The notes under the pieces were generated by a model that made no database searches, was not told the origin of the DNA, and saw nothing but the letters and a program-made list of their open reading frames with translations. Positions 20,217-31,135 of a stretch of 31,135 nucleotides of DNA are shown here, in pieces. Position 1 is the first letter of the stretch. Every line of letters begins with the position of its first letter. This DNA is from Selaginella moellendorffii (lineage: Eukaryota; Plantae; Lycopodiophyta): assembly GCF_000143415.4 (NCBI RefSeq), contig NW_003314278.1, positions 26,855 to 57,989 on the forward strand, given 5' to 3'. The position numbers were made by a program, and so were the translations under genes.

Positions 20217-21581
20217 TCATTCCAATCCATTCTTCTCGCACCTGCAAACCAGAAACAATCAAAAAGATTATAAGATCTCTTCTTCCTGCCATTGACACAC
20301 AGTTTGACAGGGCTGGTCGGTAGTTGCTCACAAGACGCCAATTAACACACACCACGACACAGCCCACCACGAAAAAGAAAGCCACGCAAAGAAAAAAAAT
20401 CCAAAAAGCGGAGAGAAAAACACGCACAATAGCTATAGGATCTACAACCCAAAAAGAAAGACACGACGAACAAACAAGCTTGCAAGCTATGGCTATGGCT
20501 GCTACTAGTCTACTTGCGAGAAAAGAGGAAGAGCCACTAACCTTGTGTGTTCGTCGTCCACCTTGCCAGCAACTTTGGAAGTGTGCGCCAGCAGCGAGAA
20601 TCCCCGGCTCAGCTTCTTCCACGACAGATTCGACTGCAAAGGGCTCGAGCTCATCGCACACTTTTCCTGTGAAGTCCCGGGCGTGATCGTCGTCGTGGGC
20701 GATGGCGCCACCACCCCCGTGAGCTCTGGCTCCACAAACACTGCCGACTTCATGTCGATCTGAGCTATCCGGACAGCTCCCATGAGCCGCTCCGGCAATT
20801 CATCCTCGCTCTGCGACTCCACCAGGAAGGCCATGTCCACCGAGACCGAGTTGACGTAGCCGAGAGCCAAGTGTAAGATGTAGCTGGCGACCGTGGAGGA
20901 GCCGATGTCTACGTCGATCTCCAGGTAGTTCGGGCCTCTCCAGTAGCGACAAGTGAGAGCTCGGCCGAGCAAGCACGCCGCGTGGTTGCCGACCGCCGCG
21001 CGGACGATCCAGGGCCCCTTGACGATCCTGTTGATGAGTTTGAATCGGCTGTTCCGGAACTCGTCGTCTCCGTGGATGAACTTGTGGAGCAGCGAGCCGG
21101 GCACGATGGGCTGCTCCACCGCGTAGTAGAACACCGCGCTGTGGTTGTCTCTCCCGGGAACTTGGAGGTTGATCGCCAGGAGGAAAGTCTTGAGACCATC
21201 CCCGGATCTGTGAGCTTGTTCTAGCGACTTGACGATCCGGTTGCCGGAGCTTCTTCCCAGGATGTGGTCAAGCCTGGCCGAGGAGCGCAGCCAATCCACG
21301 CCGACTGGCTTGGAGAGCCAGTCACCCGCAGGAACCTTGGATTTCTTCGCGAAGTAGTTTGCTCCCCGGACCTGGAAGAGACTTCCTGGAGGAGATGCCC
21401 AGCCGCGGCTCCCCCGCTCTAAATCAACCTCTTTGAGAGATCCCCCGCGCCGAGCCTCGCACGTCCAATCCAGAAAGTCCTCCTCCTCCTCGCTGCTTGC
21501 CACGGAGCTGCTCGTCTGCGAGGAGCTTGTCGGTGGGCTGGACAGATCCTCGTCATCGTCTGGCCGGCAATGCAAATTCAT
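20217..21581 (-). CDS. DUF1336 / ENHANCED DISEASE RESISTANCE 2 C-terminal domain protein (EDR2-like)
   Basis: 358-aa ORF 21581-20505 with GWASPPGSLFQVRGANYF..K.KVPA, GVDWL, INLQVPG, FRNSRFKLINRIVKGPWIVR.AVG..ACLLG.AL, NYLEIDVDIGSS and DMAFLVESQ.E.ELPERL.GAVR. A probable last intron 20541-20242 gives ...HTRCEKNGLE* (stop 20217); otherwise the stop is at 20505. Confidence 0.92.
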
Positions 21582-22299
21582 GATCCCGAGAGCCAGTGGA
21601 GCTGGAGCTCTCTCCTCCTGGACGCTGGAAGATCAAAGGGAAGAAATCAGCCCTTGAGGATGGAAATTCAAGGAAGGGTAGGGTCGCAGGAAGAAGAAGA
21701 AGAAGACGAAGAGGGTGGGCAGTACCTTTGGGCCCTAGAAACGCGCGGTCCAGGAGCTAAATTCGCCTCCGCGACCGCGACCTCGCCGCCGCCACGTCGA
21801 TGGATCACTCTGTCGTAAGCGCGATCCGATTGTTCTACTGCCGGTAAATCCCAGGATGCCAAAATCGATCAGGACGCGGGAGGTAGGGAGGAAATACCCA
21901 CAGATTTAGAAGCGCGGAGACGTCGCAATCGGGGACGGGAGCCTGCGCGCCTTCGTGCTCCTTTCAACGCCATAGCCAGCAACACATGGAAATTGTGGAG
22001 GTTTTGTTTGGTTTATATATATGGGGTTTTTCTTTGCACAATTTTCTTCAGTGGTCGGAAAGAAGAAATATGATTCGCGTTGATTTTTGAAGGAATCTGT
22101 TTTAGTTGGGCTGACTCATAATTGCACAAGCTACATAACTTGATTCTTAAGCTTTATGAAGTATTAAAATGCTATACTCCTGTGGCTAAACTTTTGTGTA
22201 TCAATGCAGAAGGTCATTGTGAGCTGCTGATGTTCTTAAAGTTTTCTAGGTAACATATACACAAGAGTCCTAAGAAAGAAATAGAAGAGAAATTTTATA

Positions 22300-25250
22300 C
22301 AAAAGTTATCTAAGAAGTTACCTCTCCTAGAAGTTTGTTGGGGGATTCCGTAATCAGGTCAGGTTGAGCTTATAAGAATCTGCTTGAAAATTTACTTCCC
22401 AAACCCTGAATAATGAATTGATTCACAAAAAGTGCAAATACATGTTGAATCAATTTTCAAACTAGTTGATTAAGAATATTTCTATGGTTCCCATAAACGA
22501 GCTTTGATGGAGTGGTGCTATATTTAAGTCCCATGAGGTTCATTAAGCATGTTTTCCTTCTAAGGTCCAAAATAGAAATGTATATGAGGTTTGAGATTTA
22601 GAGGGTTTTATAAACAAGTTTTATTCTCCCAATAGACATTAGAAATCTGGAGACTTGGCAAAATTTGTTACTTGTGTTTGCAAGAAATATATCCAATCTT
22701 TAAGTTTTTTATCCTAGAAAGGGGGATTGGGAAAATAATTTAGGAATCCATTGAAGAAATAGTTAACATGTTATTTCTTGTGTATTTCTTATGTAGTGAG
22801 TAATTGAAATTAGGTACAATCAAGTAAGAGTTGGTATAATAGGAGTGACTTTAGCAAGGGAATTTAACTATACCTAAGACAAAGGTGGCATAGACAAATA
22901 AATTGCAAAAGGAAAATTTATGGTGTACAATTTGATATTAAAGCTTTTTTCGTAATTCTAGTGAATGATATAAACAAATCACTAGAAAATGGGTAAAGGC
23001 AAAGACATGACTGTTTATGGAGCTTTTGGTCAAACAAGAAGTAATGGATAAAGAATCCATCTATAAGGAGGATTCTAATGAGGAAACTTCTAAACTTGAA
23101 TTTGGTGATGAAATTCTATTGTTAAAGGCTCAGTTAGATGCTTTTGAAGAACAATTAGCCAAGAATAGAGACTTTCATATGTAAGTTAAAGTGTGACAAG
23201 AAACAAATGCTCTAGCCTAATTTAAACACCTAAAAAAATGCCCTATATATTTGGGACCATTGAATATCCCTAGCCAGCCATAAATGCCTACTACTTTTGT
23301 ACCTCTATCTATCTTTTTTTAAATGTTCCAACCCATAGCTCAACACTTTGGCAAATTCTAAATGTACTTGAAATCATTGAGTTCCCTCAACCAACCATAA
23401 AGTTCTTACCTTTACTAACTACAATCTTATACCTAGGATTTTTATAAGACTCTTATTTGTCCTTAACTAAGTTACTTGTAGATACCACACCCTTAAGTGC
23501 CAACTCTAGTATTTGTTCTCTTTATCCTTAATATCTTTTACCATGTAGAGTTCTACCACTATTATTTGTCCATTTAACAATAGATCTCAAAAGAACACCT
23601 CTATTTTGCACAGATTTTAGTTGTTGCCATCCCTATTTAGATTGAAACTTGATTTAACTTCTTGTTAAGACAATAGTAATTATTTCTTATGCCAACTATT
23701 GGTTAGCATGGCACTATAGTGTTTACACACAACTTTTGGCCAAAGTTGCTTTCTTCCATAAACACTTTCAAATTTTTTATGGACAAAACTCAAATTCCAC
23801 CTTGCATATATTACAAGACTTCTAAATGCATTTACTCAATTCCCCTTCCGGACATGGCATAAGCTAAGGTCAAAAAATACCCAAGGACATTCATAAATTT
23901 GGAAGTGGGTGGCGATTGACATCTATTGTAAAACATGAAGATCCAGATAAATCTAGAAATAGGAGAGAGGAGTCTATTGAGTCAACTCCATCAGAAAATT
24001 AAGGAAGTGTTGGGAGAGGAGGTGCTTATAAGTAATAGGTAATTATACAAGAGGCTATGATAGACTAAGTGTCAATAGCCAAGAAGTTATAAAGGTTTTT
24101 TTTGAAATCAATCTTGTTATTACATAACTTGAATGTTGGTTGAGTCAAAAGAAGATTTGTGGCAAATGACTAAGTGAACTTTAGGCATGTTTTGCTAAGG
24201 GGCATTTATGAAACTTTATTGAGATAAAGAAAGACTTTGAAGAACTACTACTTACCATGCAAGACCATGTTGATGTTGATGGAATGATGCAAAAATGTCA
24301 AGTGGCATTGAATTCATTCTACATAATTTTTTTGCAAATCCCCACTCTCAAAATTGACTTTAGGTGGTTTGGCCTAAATTATCATAACCCTTTATTGTTG
24401 CTTGGGATCTCTATAATTGCTTTGGGATTAAGTATGAAACACCAAAGCCCACTCCTATTGCAGAAGCCTCTTCTATTGTAACCACTTTGGTATAAGAGAA
24501 ATTTGTGTTATTGATCAAAGTGTAAATGAGGCAAAATACTTGTATTTAGTTTGGATCTTTAATTAGGATTAGTCAAGCTGGCCCAATTAATTTGACTATT
24601 CTGGAGGCAAAAGCTCAATGTCATGAGCTTATGAGGAGTTTACTTAGAGATTGGAGTGTCAAACTTGAGTTGATATAAATGAGGAGGAGTGTGCATATGA
24701 GTTTCTAACAATAGATAGAAATTTATAGATAACTTATTGTGATTGAGCCATGTATCACCACTTGATAGCTCAACTTGGAAAGTGCAAAAGTGTTGCTATG
24801 GACTCCATTACCCCCTTAGCATTGATCCTACCCATGCAGCTTTGGAGGAGCCACAAATGGCATAGGCACAACATGTAAAAGCCTCAAATAAAGAGCCTTA
24901 GCTTGAAAAAGAAGTGATGTTAATGTCAAATTCATACTCATAAAACTCTTAAGGCCATTGGATTTCCCCAAGAGCTATAAAGACTATAAAAAACCCTATG
25001 GTGAGGGCATCAAGGCACTAAAACATGTTGTAGCCCTAGATGCTATGCAAAGAGATTCCTAGAAAACAATATTGGCAACTCTCACACATGACAATTTAGT
25101 TCAAGGTGTTTGCATGGGATGTTACAAGCCTTAAGATAACTCCTCTCACACTCTAAAACACACTAGAAATCCCAACTAAAGACACAAGTTCTAAAACACA
25201 CTTCTAAAGATCACTGTTAAACATTATTAAATATAGAAGCATTGAAGGAG
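22300..25250 (+). mobile_element. Heavily decayed transposon, possibly LTR-retrotransposon gag/protease remnant
   Basis: AT-rich and CpG-depleted, with protein-like text riddled with stops. Only a weak retropepsin-like segment (~24590-24680) and an LTR-like TGTTACA boundary (~25121). No clear catalytic motif. Confidence 0.35.
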
Positions 25251-25749
25251 CATGGACCATTTTTGAGCTTACGAGTTAAAGAGTTAAGTTGAGCTCAATT
25301 TTTAATTAGTGTTTAATATAGACTTTAAAATATTAAGATTATGGCAAATCTAATATTTTCATAACTCTCTGTATATTATATAGATAAAAATATTCTAAAA
25401 GACACTTCTTGTTCAAATAATTTAAATATTTACTATATGCCACAATAGAGAGGTTGGTTTGAATATAAAATAAGATAATATTTATTTACAGAAAAAGCAA
25501 TTTGTACTATATGCTATTTGGCTTTTAAATGTCAGGTGTTTCAGAATTTAAAAATTATTAAATTTGAAATAAGATTTTTTTTGTAAGGCCATATAACATT
25601 TAAAAGGGAAAAAATAACCATTATAAACTTATTGCATATAAAAGAGAGACTTGATTCTTCTCTAGAATAAAATCTTGAGGGGTTTGTTATAGCATAGTGT
25701 TTAGAATTTATGAATCTTCACTTATACTTTTATTTGAAAAGAGGGAAAT

Positions 25750-27347
25750 ACACATAAATGTTTGTAGGATCTAGTATTAATAATTTTAACTTTTGCAATT
25801 TTCTTCCTAGGGTAGTAAGTCAAAGGTTAGGAGCTACAATAGTCGTCCCATTGTATAGCACAACGAAATTATATAAGAAAAAGAATGATCATAAATTAGA
25901 GATAAATGCAATGATAGAGGGTGCAATAAATTGGGTGGAAAAGAATACCTTCCTACTTGTCCTAGATTGAGCCACCTCAAGTGGCTGATAAAGAGTGATG
26001 AAGAGAGTGCATCATAATATGTTAAAATCACTTACCATTGTATGGAGCCGAATAATCCACCAAATGTTAGTAAAATCCAATGTAAAGTGTGTGGGGATGC
26101 TTTTAAAGGGAAAATATTATACTTGGATCTATAATGACAAATTTACTTTTGTTCCAACCCCATGTTTTTATGAGGAATGAAATTAAGTAGGATTTTTAAG
26201 ATGGTGCTAGTTGTATTGCTATAACATTAATGCTAACTATATGAAGCAGCTTAAAGACACTATAGNNNNNNNNNNNNNNNNNNNNNNNNNNNNNNNNNNN
26301 NNNNNNNNNNNNNNNNNNNNNNNNNNNNNNNNNNNNNNNNNNNNNNNNNNNNNNNNNNNNNNNNNNNNNNNNNNNNNNNNNNNNNNNNNNNNNNNNNNNN
26401 NNNNNNNNNNNNNNNNNNNNNNNNNNNNNNNNNNNNNNNNNNNNNNNNNNNNNNNNNNNNNNNNNNNNNNNNNNNNNNNNNNNNNNNNNNNNNNNNNNNN
26501 NNNNNNNNNNNNNNNNNNATAAAATTTTTCCACGAAGTACATCATTGCACTTGTAAAGGAGTATATAGTCAAAAGAAAGGGTGGTGAGCACATAATTGCC
26601 ATTGAAAACTTTCCTTATTACACATGTCCAGACTTTACAAAGTGTAAGGAATATAGAAGGCCTATGCTCCTTACAAACATATGTACTAAATCTTCATCAA
26701 CACCTTACACCATATACACTAGGCAAGCTTTACTATTGCTAACTTGTAAAAAACTTTTAAAGCTAACTAGATTTTCCAAGATTATCAATATTTCTTCTTT
26801 ACTAATAATATAAACTTAGTATATTTTATATAATTAATAAAACAAATTTCATAGTAGTCTTTTAGATGCGTGATATTGTAGTATGTCACAAGAATATATA
26901 TATTATTATACTGATCATCACCATTGTTTCCATCCGAAGCTAAAAAACATATAGAGTATTTTTTAAAAGTCACAAAATTGAAATTCAGTATCTTGGAGCA
27001 GAATGGTATTTAATACTTTACATACATCCCAATGGTGAATTTCTCTAAGAATAAGTATTGGAGTTAGCATTCTTTTGAGGCAAGGAAAGGGAAGGTGAGT
27101 CTATACAAAGCATGTCTATTGTAATTTTTAAAAACATTAACATTTAAGGAAGGAAGATATATAGGAGTAAGGCCTTTTGTTAAGGTGTTACATGATCGAA
27201 TGAAAAAGAAAGTGACTTCATCAATCCAAATAGTGGCAATTATAGTTAAAGAAGTGGTCTATAACACATCTATAGAATACATTCCTTGGGCTTTTATTGG
27301 TGACATGAAGATTGTCCGTTTAAAGCGTCACTTTTCCTTTTCTAGTA
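25750..27347 (+). mobile_element. Decayed element carrying a SWIM zinc-finger remnant (MULE-like or other SWIM-bearing DNA transposon)
   Basis: 26607-26695 reads NFPYYTCPDF then, after a frameshift, AYAPYKHMY*IF, matching SWIM CxCPDF..CKHxY with Cys>Tyr and Trp>stop changes. Boundaries are approximate. Confidence 0.45.
26266..26518. other. Assembly gap (N run)
   Basis: N bases. Confidence 1.
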
Positions 27348-27532
27348 NNNNNNNNNNNNNNNNNNNNNNNNNNNNNNNNNNNNNNNNNNNNNNNNNNNNN
27401 NNNNNNNNNNNNNNNNNNNNNNNNNNNNNNNNNNNNNNNNNNNNNNNNNNNNNNNNNNNNNNNNNNNNNNNNNNNNNNNNNNNNNNNNNNNNNNNNNNNN
27501 NNNNNNNNNNNNNNNNNNNNNNNNNNNNNNNN
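27348..27532. other. Assembly gap (N run)
   Basis: N bases. Confidence 1.
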
Positions 27533-29464
27533 TAGGGTAAGTAGCTTGTGTCCACATGGCCATTTTTACACCACCACATTTAGATTTTGTTTGCCTTTGT
27601 TTTATGCTCTTTTTCAGAGGATGTAACTTTACATTGTTTGCATAACTCCTTAACACTAATTGAAACTTTGGCTTGATAAGGTGGTAGTGTTGGTTTAGGC
27701 TTTAAGTTTAATAGAACTCATAAGTCCTCTTACAACCTTCCAAAAATTGACTATTTCCAAAAATTGCTTAGATACCATTCCAATTTGTATTAGCCCTATC
27801 TACCATGAAACCACAAAAATTTGCAAGCTTATTAATCCATTTTGGCACAATATTAGAAAGAGACTTCCAACATATTTTTTAGGTTATTTAGTTTTGTACT
27901 TTAAACTCTACTATCACAATTGTCAAGTTACAACATAATCTATGAAAGCAAATATTAAAATCATTTCAATATAATAAAAATAAAAATTACTTTGGATTAT
28001 ACACATAAAATCCCATGCTTAGAAGAATGTACATGATAATGTTTGTAAGAGTTCCAAAGGTCAAAAGATAGAATGCCCTTGTGAGTTGGAGCTTCTAAGA
28101 AAGAAGACCTCTACACTAGATTAGAAGGAAGTTGTCAATGTTGGTAATAATAACAATGCTAGTGATGATGGAATCACGTTGATCTCGGGGTAAGAAAAAG
28201 TGACTTTTACAAATAAAAGGTGGTAACATATATTTTTGCAGTAATGATTGTTGGTAGCAATTTCATTTTAGCTCAACAAGATGTTTGTGAGGAAGAGTTG
28301 GAGGAACTCTCATCAACAATATACTATATGATAATAGTATATTATTCATTTCTTTTTTCATTCACTTAGCTCTTCTATAGATGTGTCTTATTTCCCTGAT
28401 AACACATTAAGGTACTATGGGTGTCTTTATTGGCTCATAAAATAGATTGCTAACATCTTTGTCGCGAATGTGATTTCGGGTATCGAAAGATACTAGTTGG
28501 CCAGTCCTTACGGACACTCTTTTCTTACTGCCATGACAGTGGAAGGTTGGTATAGTTGGTTCCCTTTATTGTTCCCACTTGAGCTAGTTGAGAAATTGGT
28601 CAATGACCGTGTACTTAAATCAGATAAACATAAGGTAGGAACCCTATGTGTTTCTTGCTGAGCATACTCGGCCTAGTTTGAGAAACTCCTATCATTAGCT
28701 TGCACTTGCTAGTATCAAGAACCCCCACGTATTGAGACTAGTCCCTCAATATCACTAAATGATAACTTACCGTGTCTGCCAAACACCCTCGCTATTATGC
28801 CCTTAGTGTTAGTCTCATTTCGGTCCTAAATGCTAATTATGGAAAGTGTCATAACACAATCTTTCATGAAAGATGACATGAACATGGACATGTGGTGCTA
28901 GTTCAACTATTTGTGCTGAAAAATACAAATTCTCTTTGACTTTCTAGATGGTCTTTTAGATATTGATCGGAAAGTTGAGGACTAGAATTTTCTCACACCC
29001 GACCACATGTGTGATGCATTCCTCTTGTTGAAAGCACTTATGCCTGAAGCTAGCTATGTCTTCATCCTACTGAATGACCTCAATTGAATATATGAGCTTA
29101 TAATGTGTGTAGCAGAAGTTTGTTTCAAGTCATTCTCTTCTAGGTGCATTATAAATCTTATTGGCATTGATACTAGGGGTGTCCAAGGGAAGCCTAAAAA
29201 GATGATTACATATTTCATATTTTTATATAACTTCTAAGCTTTTTTATTTTCTAGGTTATGATGTGAACCTATTATGCCTTATGCAAAAACACATATAATG
29301 GGTTTTGTGATAGTGAGTGTGCAACACATATTTTGCCTGGGTATGATAGTTCCACTGACATCATACCCAACTGTAAGGAACCAACTCCCCGAGATGTCGT
29401 AGGCTAAAGGATCCTTGAAGGCATGACCGAAATGATAAAAAATTCATCAGATGGGACCAAGTAT

Positions 29465-29627
29465 AAGATCGAGTCTAAGACTGACTCTGAGACCGAGTTC
29501 GAGATAGAGTCTGGGATTGAGTCTGAGGCTGACTTCGAGACCGAGTTTGAGACCAAGTTTGAGACCGAGTCCGAGATCCAAGATCAAGTCCGAGACCGAG
29601 TCCGAGGTCAAGTCCGAGATAGAGTCC
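29465..29627. repeat. Degenerate 12-bp (2x6) tandem repeat GAGACCGAGTCC/GAGTCCGAGATC
   Basis: Directly visible in the sequence. Confidence 0.85.
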
Positions 29628-29674
29628 TGTAAGCGACTAAATTTTCCATTCTACTTTAGTCACTTAACCACACC

Positions 29675-29773
29675 NNNNNNNNNNNNNNNNNNNNNNNNNN
29701 NNNNNNNNNNNNNNNNNNNNNNNNNNNNNNNNNNNNNNNNNNNNNNNNNNNNNNNNNNNNNNNNNNNNNNNNN
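29675..29773. other. Assembly gap (N run)
   Basis: N bases. Confidence 1.
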
Positions 29774-30556
29774 NCAGACTTGGGCTTGCTAGCCCCGAGA
29801 ATGGTGTCTCCACCACTCAACCTTTGCATTCGATCCAAGTGCTCCATGTGTCCGATCCCAAGACCGACACCCCAAGGTACCATCGACGTATCAGCTCGTT
29901 ATGCTAAGGCCATGCCCCTTTACCTTGGTCACACTGGTGGTCTAACACCACCTACATCACAGTCCCATCTCTCAAGGGCTGGGCCATCCGTCCATGAGTG
30001 ATCATTCTGGATCCACTCCTTAGCATCTTTAGGATGCCCACAGACATGGGGAATAGCCTTCCCCAATATCCCTTTTCCGGTCTTCACCAAGTCCCTTTCT
30101 ACCCATGGCCGTGTTCGCTAACACTGCCACTGGATCAAGGCCCACCGGCCCGGCCACTAAGTCCCACTATCCTCTAGGACTTCCTCACCGTGTGACTGTG
30201 TCCTTGGTCACCACATCAGAGGGCTACTCCTCTTCCTTTCCATAGTCTGGGACTTTGGGACACCATTTCGGAACACCGTAGCCCTACGCGGGCCTCATGG
30301 GTACTCTCCCTGCCTTCTGCCTTTGGGTGCTCTAGCCATGGGCTTAGAGTGAGGTTCTATTGAGCCACGCCTGGTATCCAAGTAGGTAGTGCCACCCACA
30401 CTTGGATTGGGAGCATCGACCATTCGATCTCCCGGGGGAACTAGAGCCGGCTCTTTAACACTTCACCAAGCTACCCCGTTTGTCGGTCCGTATTCACTCT
30501 AGTCTTGGACTTCCCAGTGGTCAGTTCATCACCCAACACTGGGTATGGCTTTCCTG

Positions 30557-30625
30557 GGCCAAACTGGCCTTTCGTGGGCCAAACTGGCCCTTCTTGGCCA
30601 AACTGGCCCTTCTTGGCCAAACTGG
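30557..30625. repeat. 19-20 bp tandem repeat, GGCCAAACTGG core x4
   Basis: The core starts at 30557, 30577, 30596 and 30615. Confidence 0.9.
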
Positions 30626-30855
30626 TGTGAGACACAAAATCCCTAGGCCCCAAAGTGGAGCTGGAAGGGCGCCACGTGGTAGTGGCCGAAGCGAAAGCCA
30701 AACGAGCGTAACATGTTTAGACTAAAAGCTCCGACTTGAAAGGTCGAGAGCGGGAGTGGAACTCCCAACAAAGTGCTCGAGGAATGAGCACGAAGCGAGC
30801 CATAAGAAAGGCTCTAGAAAGGGACCCGAAAGGACCAACACATGACATGTGGAAG

Positions 30856-31135
30856 TGTCCGAGATGGAGTCCGAGATGGACTCGAAGTGGAGTCCGATAT
30901 GGAGTTTGAGATGGAGTCCGAGATGGACTCGAAGTGAAGTCCGATATGGAGTCCGAGATGGAGTCCGAGATGGACCCGAAATGGAGTCCGATATGGAGTC
31001 CGAGATGGAGTCTGAGATGGAGTCCAATATGGAGTCTGATATGGAGTCCGAGATGGAGTCCGATATGGAGTCCGAGATGGAGTCCGAGATGGAGACCGAG
31101 ATGGAGTCCGAGATGGACCGAGATGGAGTTCGAGA
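30856..31135. repeat. 12-bp minisatellite (GAGTCCGAGATG)n, truncated by the window end
   Basis: Directly visible; the SISD-repeat ORF is its artefact. Confidence 0.95.

Larger units (their letters stand above)
29373..31135. mobile_element. Younger GC-rich repetitive element, probably LTR-retrotransposon LTR/UTR sequence; truncated by the window
   Basis: Abrupt switch to GC-richer sequence beginning TGTAAGG at ~29373; contains tandem arrays and no recognisable ORF. Confidence 0.45.

Noticed and set aside
26196-27656. ORFs containing X runs (also 29517-29883)
   Set aside because: They are artefacts of N gaps.
30856-31135. Repeat arrays as CRISPR
   Set aside because: Head-to-tail tandem units without unique spacers, in a eukaryotic context.

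Overview
This is eukaryotic plant genomic DNA. The 45-85 nt introns, compact gene spacing, Crinkler-type gene and PPR-DYW remnant suggest a lycophyte such as Selaginella (inference). From left to right the window holds: a (TATG)/(TA) microsatellite; a GH3 acyl-amido synthetase pseudogene (-); a frameshifted Crinkler/RHS-type P-loop NTPase + restriction-endonuclease-fold gene (+); a ~310 bp MITE; and a second Crinkler fragment joined to a PPR E+/DYW fragment. A gene island follows, with a small conserved plant protein (-), a six-exon TFIIIC subunit-6-like gene missed by the ORF track (+), a PLATZ factor (-), ALG3 mannosyltransferase (-) and an EDR2-like DUF1336 gene (-). From ~22 kb onward the sequence is AT-rich, CpG-poor decayed transposon DNA with three assembly gaps and 12-bp minisatellites. 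The most notable unannotated element is a ~179 nt box C/D sno/scaRNA in ALG3 intron 1. Its D-box guide is complementary to the anticodon-plus-intron sequence of plant elongator pre-tRNA-Met(CAU) and places the D+5 nucleotide on wobble C34. All calls were made by eye, without database searches.
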